The notes under the pieces: model-generated
Seen by the model: the letters and a program-made list of their open reading frames with translations, nothing else
What the model was told of the DNA's origin: nothing
Database searches by the model: none
IMG/VR virus record: IMGVR_UViG_2522125086_000001
Length of the DNA stretch: 37,524 nt
Strand: one strand, 5' to 3'
Origin: an uncultured virus (IMG/VR IMGVR_UViG_2522125086_000001)
Taxonomy: Duplodnaviria; Heunggongvirae; Uroviricota; Caudoviricetes
Program-made: the position numbers and the translations under genes
In this document: positions 35,588 through 37,524 of the stretch, one piece after another
Layout of the letters: each line of letters opens with the position of its first letter
Position numbering within the stretch: the stretch's first letter is position 1

Positions 35588-36250
35588 ATGAGTATGAGCA
35601 CAATTAAAATACAAAAATTTATGATTACTGTAGATCAGCCCATTCTTTTGGAAAATCTTGTCGCCGCTAAAGAATTTATTTACACAGAGGACAGGGAAGA
35701 TATTGTGGCACAATTCAAGGGAAAGAATCTTTCTGTAACTGAATACAGTGGGGATAACATTGGTTTGCTGTTAAATTCAATAAAAGAGGAAGAATGTGAA
35801 TACGTAATTCTAGAGGTGGCTGGTGATTATCATCTTGAACAACTACATTCGTTGATGCAGTGTATACAAAAAAGTTGTACCAACGATGCTAATTTTATAA
35901 CTAGTATTTCTGAAAAGTCAGACGGTTCAATTATTTGCACTTGCATCAAGACCTGTGCTCCTCTGATGGAGTTTTCAAAAGAGAATCCATCTCCATTAGA
36001 AGAAGACTTACATAAGTTGCTAGACATGATGGGATGCCATACAGGTAGACAACTTTTATATAGTCATCATTCATATCACATGCAGTCACTTAAATTGAAG
36101 CAATGGAAACAAGACCATAAGGATGCAGATTCAGAAATCATGGCAGCCATTGATCAGATGCTGTCTTGTTTAACGGCGGAGAAGTACCGTCAACATATAA
36201 AGGAAAGTTTTTACAATAAAAGTTTAAATAGTGTCGACCAGTCATGTTAA
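35588..36250 (+). CDS. Hypothetical protein, weak FtsZ C-terminal-domain-like pattern
   Basis: Long ORF in AT-rich DNA; the similarity is judged by eye only. Confidence 0.6.
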   Translation: MSMSTIKIQKFMITVDQPILLENLVAAKEFIYTEDREDIVAQFKGKNLSVTEYSGDNIGLLLNSIKEEECEYVILEVAGDYHLEQLHSLMQCIQKSCTNDANFITSISEKSDGSIICTCIKTCAPLMEFSKENPSPLEEDLHKLLDMMGCHTGRQLLYSHHSYHMQSLKLKQWKQDHKDADSEIMAAIDQMLSCLTAEKYRQHIKESFYNKSLNSVDQSC

Positions 36251-36263
36251 GTCGAGGTAAAAA

Positions 36264-36827
36264 ATGTGTATAGGTAACATAACAAATTTGTCGCTAATCT
36301 CGGATGTGGTATCTGAAAGTAATGAAATAAATGAATTAAACGATGTTTTTAAGAGAATATTTGAGAATAAAAGCATAATATCAGTTGGTTCGTTTATTCG
36401 TAAAATTAATGTAATGATGGTCAACTTATGTAACGTTGTAGATGACTTATGGGTTGTCGTAATTAAATTTGATGATAAAGCCAGAAAATTCAGTTTTGTA
36501 ATAAAAGCAGTTTCAAAAGGAATTATCTATGAAGTTGTATGTGCACTCGATGCTGGTGTTAATTTCGATAATTCCATGCTAATGGTGCATCGTTCGTTTA
36601 ATCGTGACAAAATCGCCAAGCATCCGGTTTCGTACTTGAAAGCCAAAATTTTTTCTACTGTCGATACGTTTATATTGAAAAAATCGTGTCTCAATAATGA
36701 ATGTATTGCTGAGTGGAATATGTGTAAAGTTAAGAGACCTTGGTACAAGCGATTATTTGGGACTCCCCGTTCTGTATTAAAAGACATTGTTATAGTTAAT
36801 TCTGAAGTATTGGAATATAAACTATAA
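36264..36827 (+). CDS. Hypothetical protein
   Basis: GAGG RBS; 187-aa ORF in AT-rich DNA. Confidence 0.6.
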   Translation: MCIGNITNLSLISDVVSESNEINELNDVFKRIFENKSIISVGSFIRKINVMMVNLCNVVDDLWVVVIKFDDKARKFSFVIKAVSKGIIYEVVCALDAGVNFDNSMLMVHRSFNRDKIAKHPVSYLKAKIFSTVDTFILKKSCLNNECIAEWNMCKVKRPWYKRLFGTPRSVLKDIVIVNSEVLEYKL

Positions 36828-36906
36828 CATATACATTAAAGCAAGTAGGAAATAATCGAAAGATTATTATCTATTAAGCTTCCTATTTAACCTGAGAAAA
36901 TAAGTA

Positions 36907-37248
36907 ATGAAATATATCTTTTTCTTTATGTTTATCGTTTTTGCAGGAATGGCTGTTTTCATTGCCTCAGAGCGTCCATACCTGCTTGAGCGTTGGTTCC
37001 CTTCAGACGAGACAAAGGCTCAGTTGAGAGCGGTTGGGAAATATTGTTCTGCTAAATCAAGTGTGGAGGGATTAATCGCAGAGTTACCATTCTTGGAAGA
37101 TGCGAATTTACAGTTGAGTCAGCTGGAGTTTGAAAAAAAACGCATGAAACAGTGTGGTTACCCATTTAGGCAACCGGACAATGTAGCACAACAAAAAAGC
37201 TTTGACTGCAATACAAAGTTAGTATTAGGTCTTAAACCGTCTTTTTAA
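36907..37248 (+). CDS. Membrane-anchored hypothetical protein, C-terminus probably truncated by the IS
   Basis: N-terminal hydrophobic helix; the last residues VLGLKPSF* come from the IS end starting at 37222. Confidence 0.55.
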   Translation: MKYIFFFMFIVFAGMAVFIASERPYLLERWFPSDETKAQLRAVGKYCSAKSSVEGLIAELPFLEDANLQLSQLEFEKKRMKQCGYPFRQPDNVAQQKSFDCNTKLVLGLKPSF

Positions 37249-37524
37249 GGCTTCAGGGATTCTTGACAAAAGTGCTGGTGAATCCGTACCATATCGCACA
37301 CAAAAATCGTGATGTGCTGAAGGAATTTGCAATGGAAGCGAAGATCACAAATAACAATCTTCCTGCTAATCAGCACGATACTGACACTTCCAAACTGGAC
37401 AACCTTTACTCGTTAATCGAAAAACTTACATCAACCATTCAAGAGCAGACCTCAACCATTCAGAAGCAGACTTCAACCATTCAGAAGCAGACTGAAGCCT
37501 TTCAAAATCAAGCCAAAAAAGTTG
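37222..37524 (+). mobile_element. Left end of a second copy of the IS-like element, partial
   Basis: Inverted near-copy of 9-374; ORF MEAKITNN... from 37332 runs off the window; three 21-bp repeats at 37431-37493. Confidence 0.65.
37263..37292 (+). promoter_or_regulatory. Sigma70-like promoter of the IS ORF
   Basis: TTGACA-18 bp-TACCAT; also present in the left copy. Confidence 0.55.

Noticed and set aside
36907..37248. Possible i-spanin
   Set aside because: It is 2 kb from the lysis genes, has no paired lipoprotein ORF and is truncated by the IS.

Overview
A 37.5-kb segment holding the packaging, head, tail and lysis half of an HK97/lambda-like siphovirus prophage (all + strand). Two outward-facing partial copies of the same IS-like element bracket it (1-374 and 37222-37524). 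Between the small and large terminase genes lies a cargo region: a short SAM synthetase, a ParB-DNA methyltransferase, a 25-codon C5-methylase remnant, DUF4314, an amidoligase, a gamma-glutamylcyclotransferase and small genes. Five cargo units are each preceded by the same 34-bp promoter-like motif. Two different RIT (recombinase-in-trio) elements split DUF4314 and the amidoligase gene, and an IS21 element with a 7-bp target duplication splits the first recombinase of the second RIT. Both RITs have terminal inverted repeats plus an extra AAGCTT-centred palindrome, placed at opposite ends relative to gene order, which suggests an excision circle that can open at either of two sites. The head and lysis modules look Firmicute-phage-like, while the tail tip looks proteobacterial (DUF1833, NlpC/P60, J). 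The tail region also has a distal-tail protein with a CBM26-like starch-binding extension, a GT8 glycosyltransferase where a tail fibre would be expected, and an AAA-ATPase/PD-(D/E)XK moron. All family calls come from motif recognition by eye; no searches were run.
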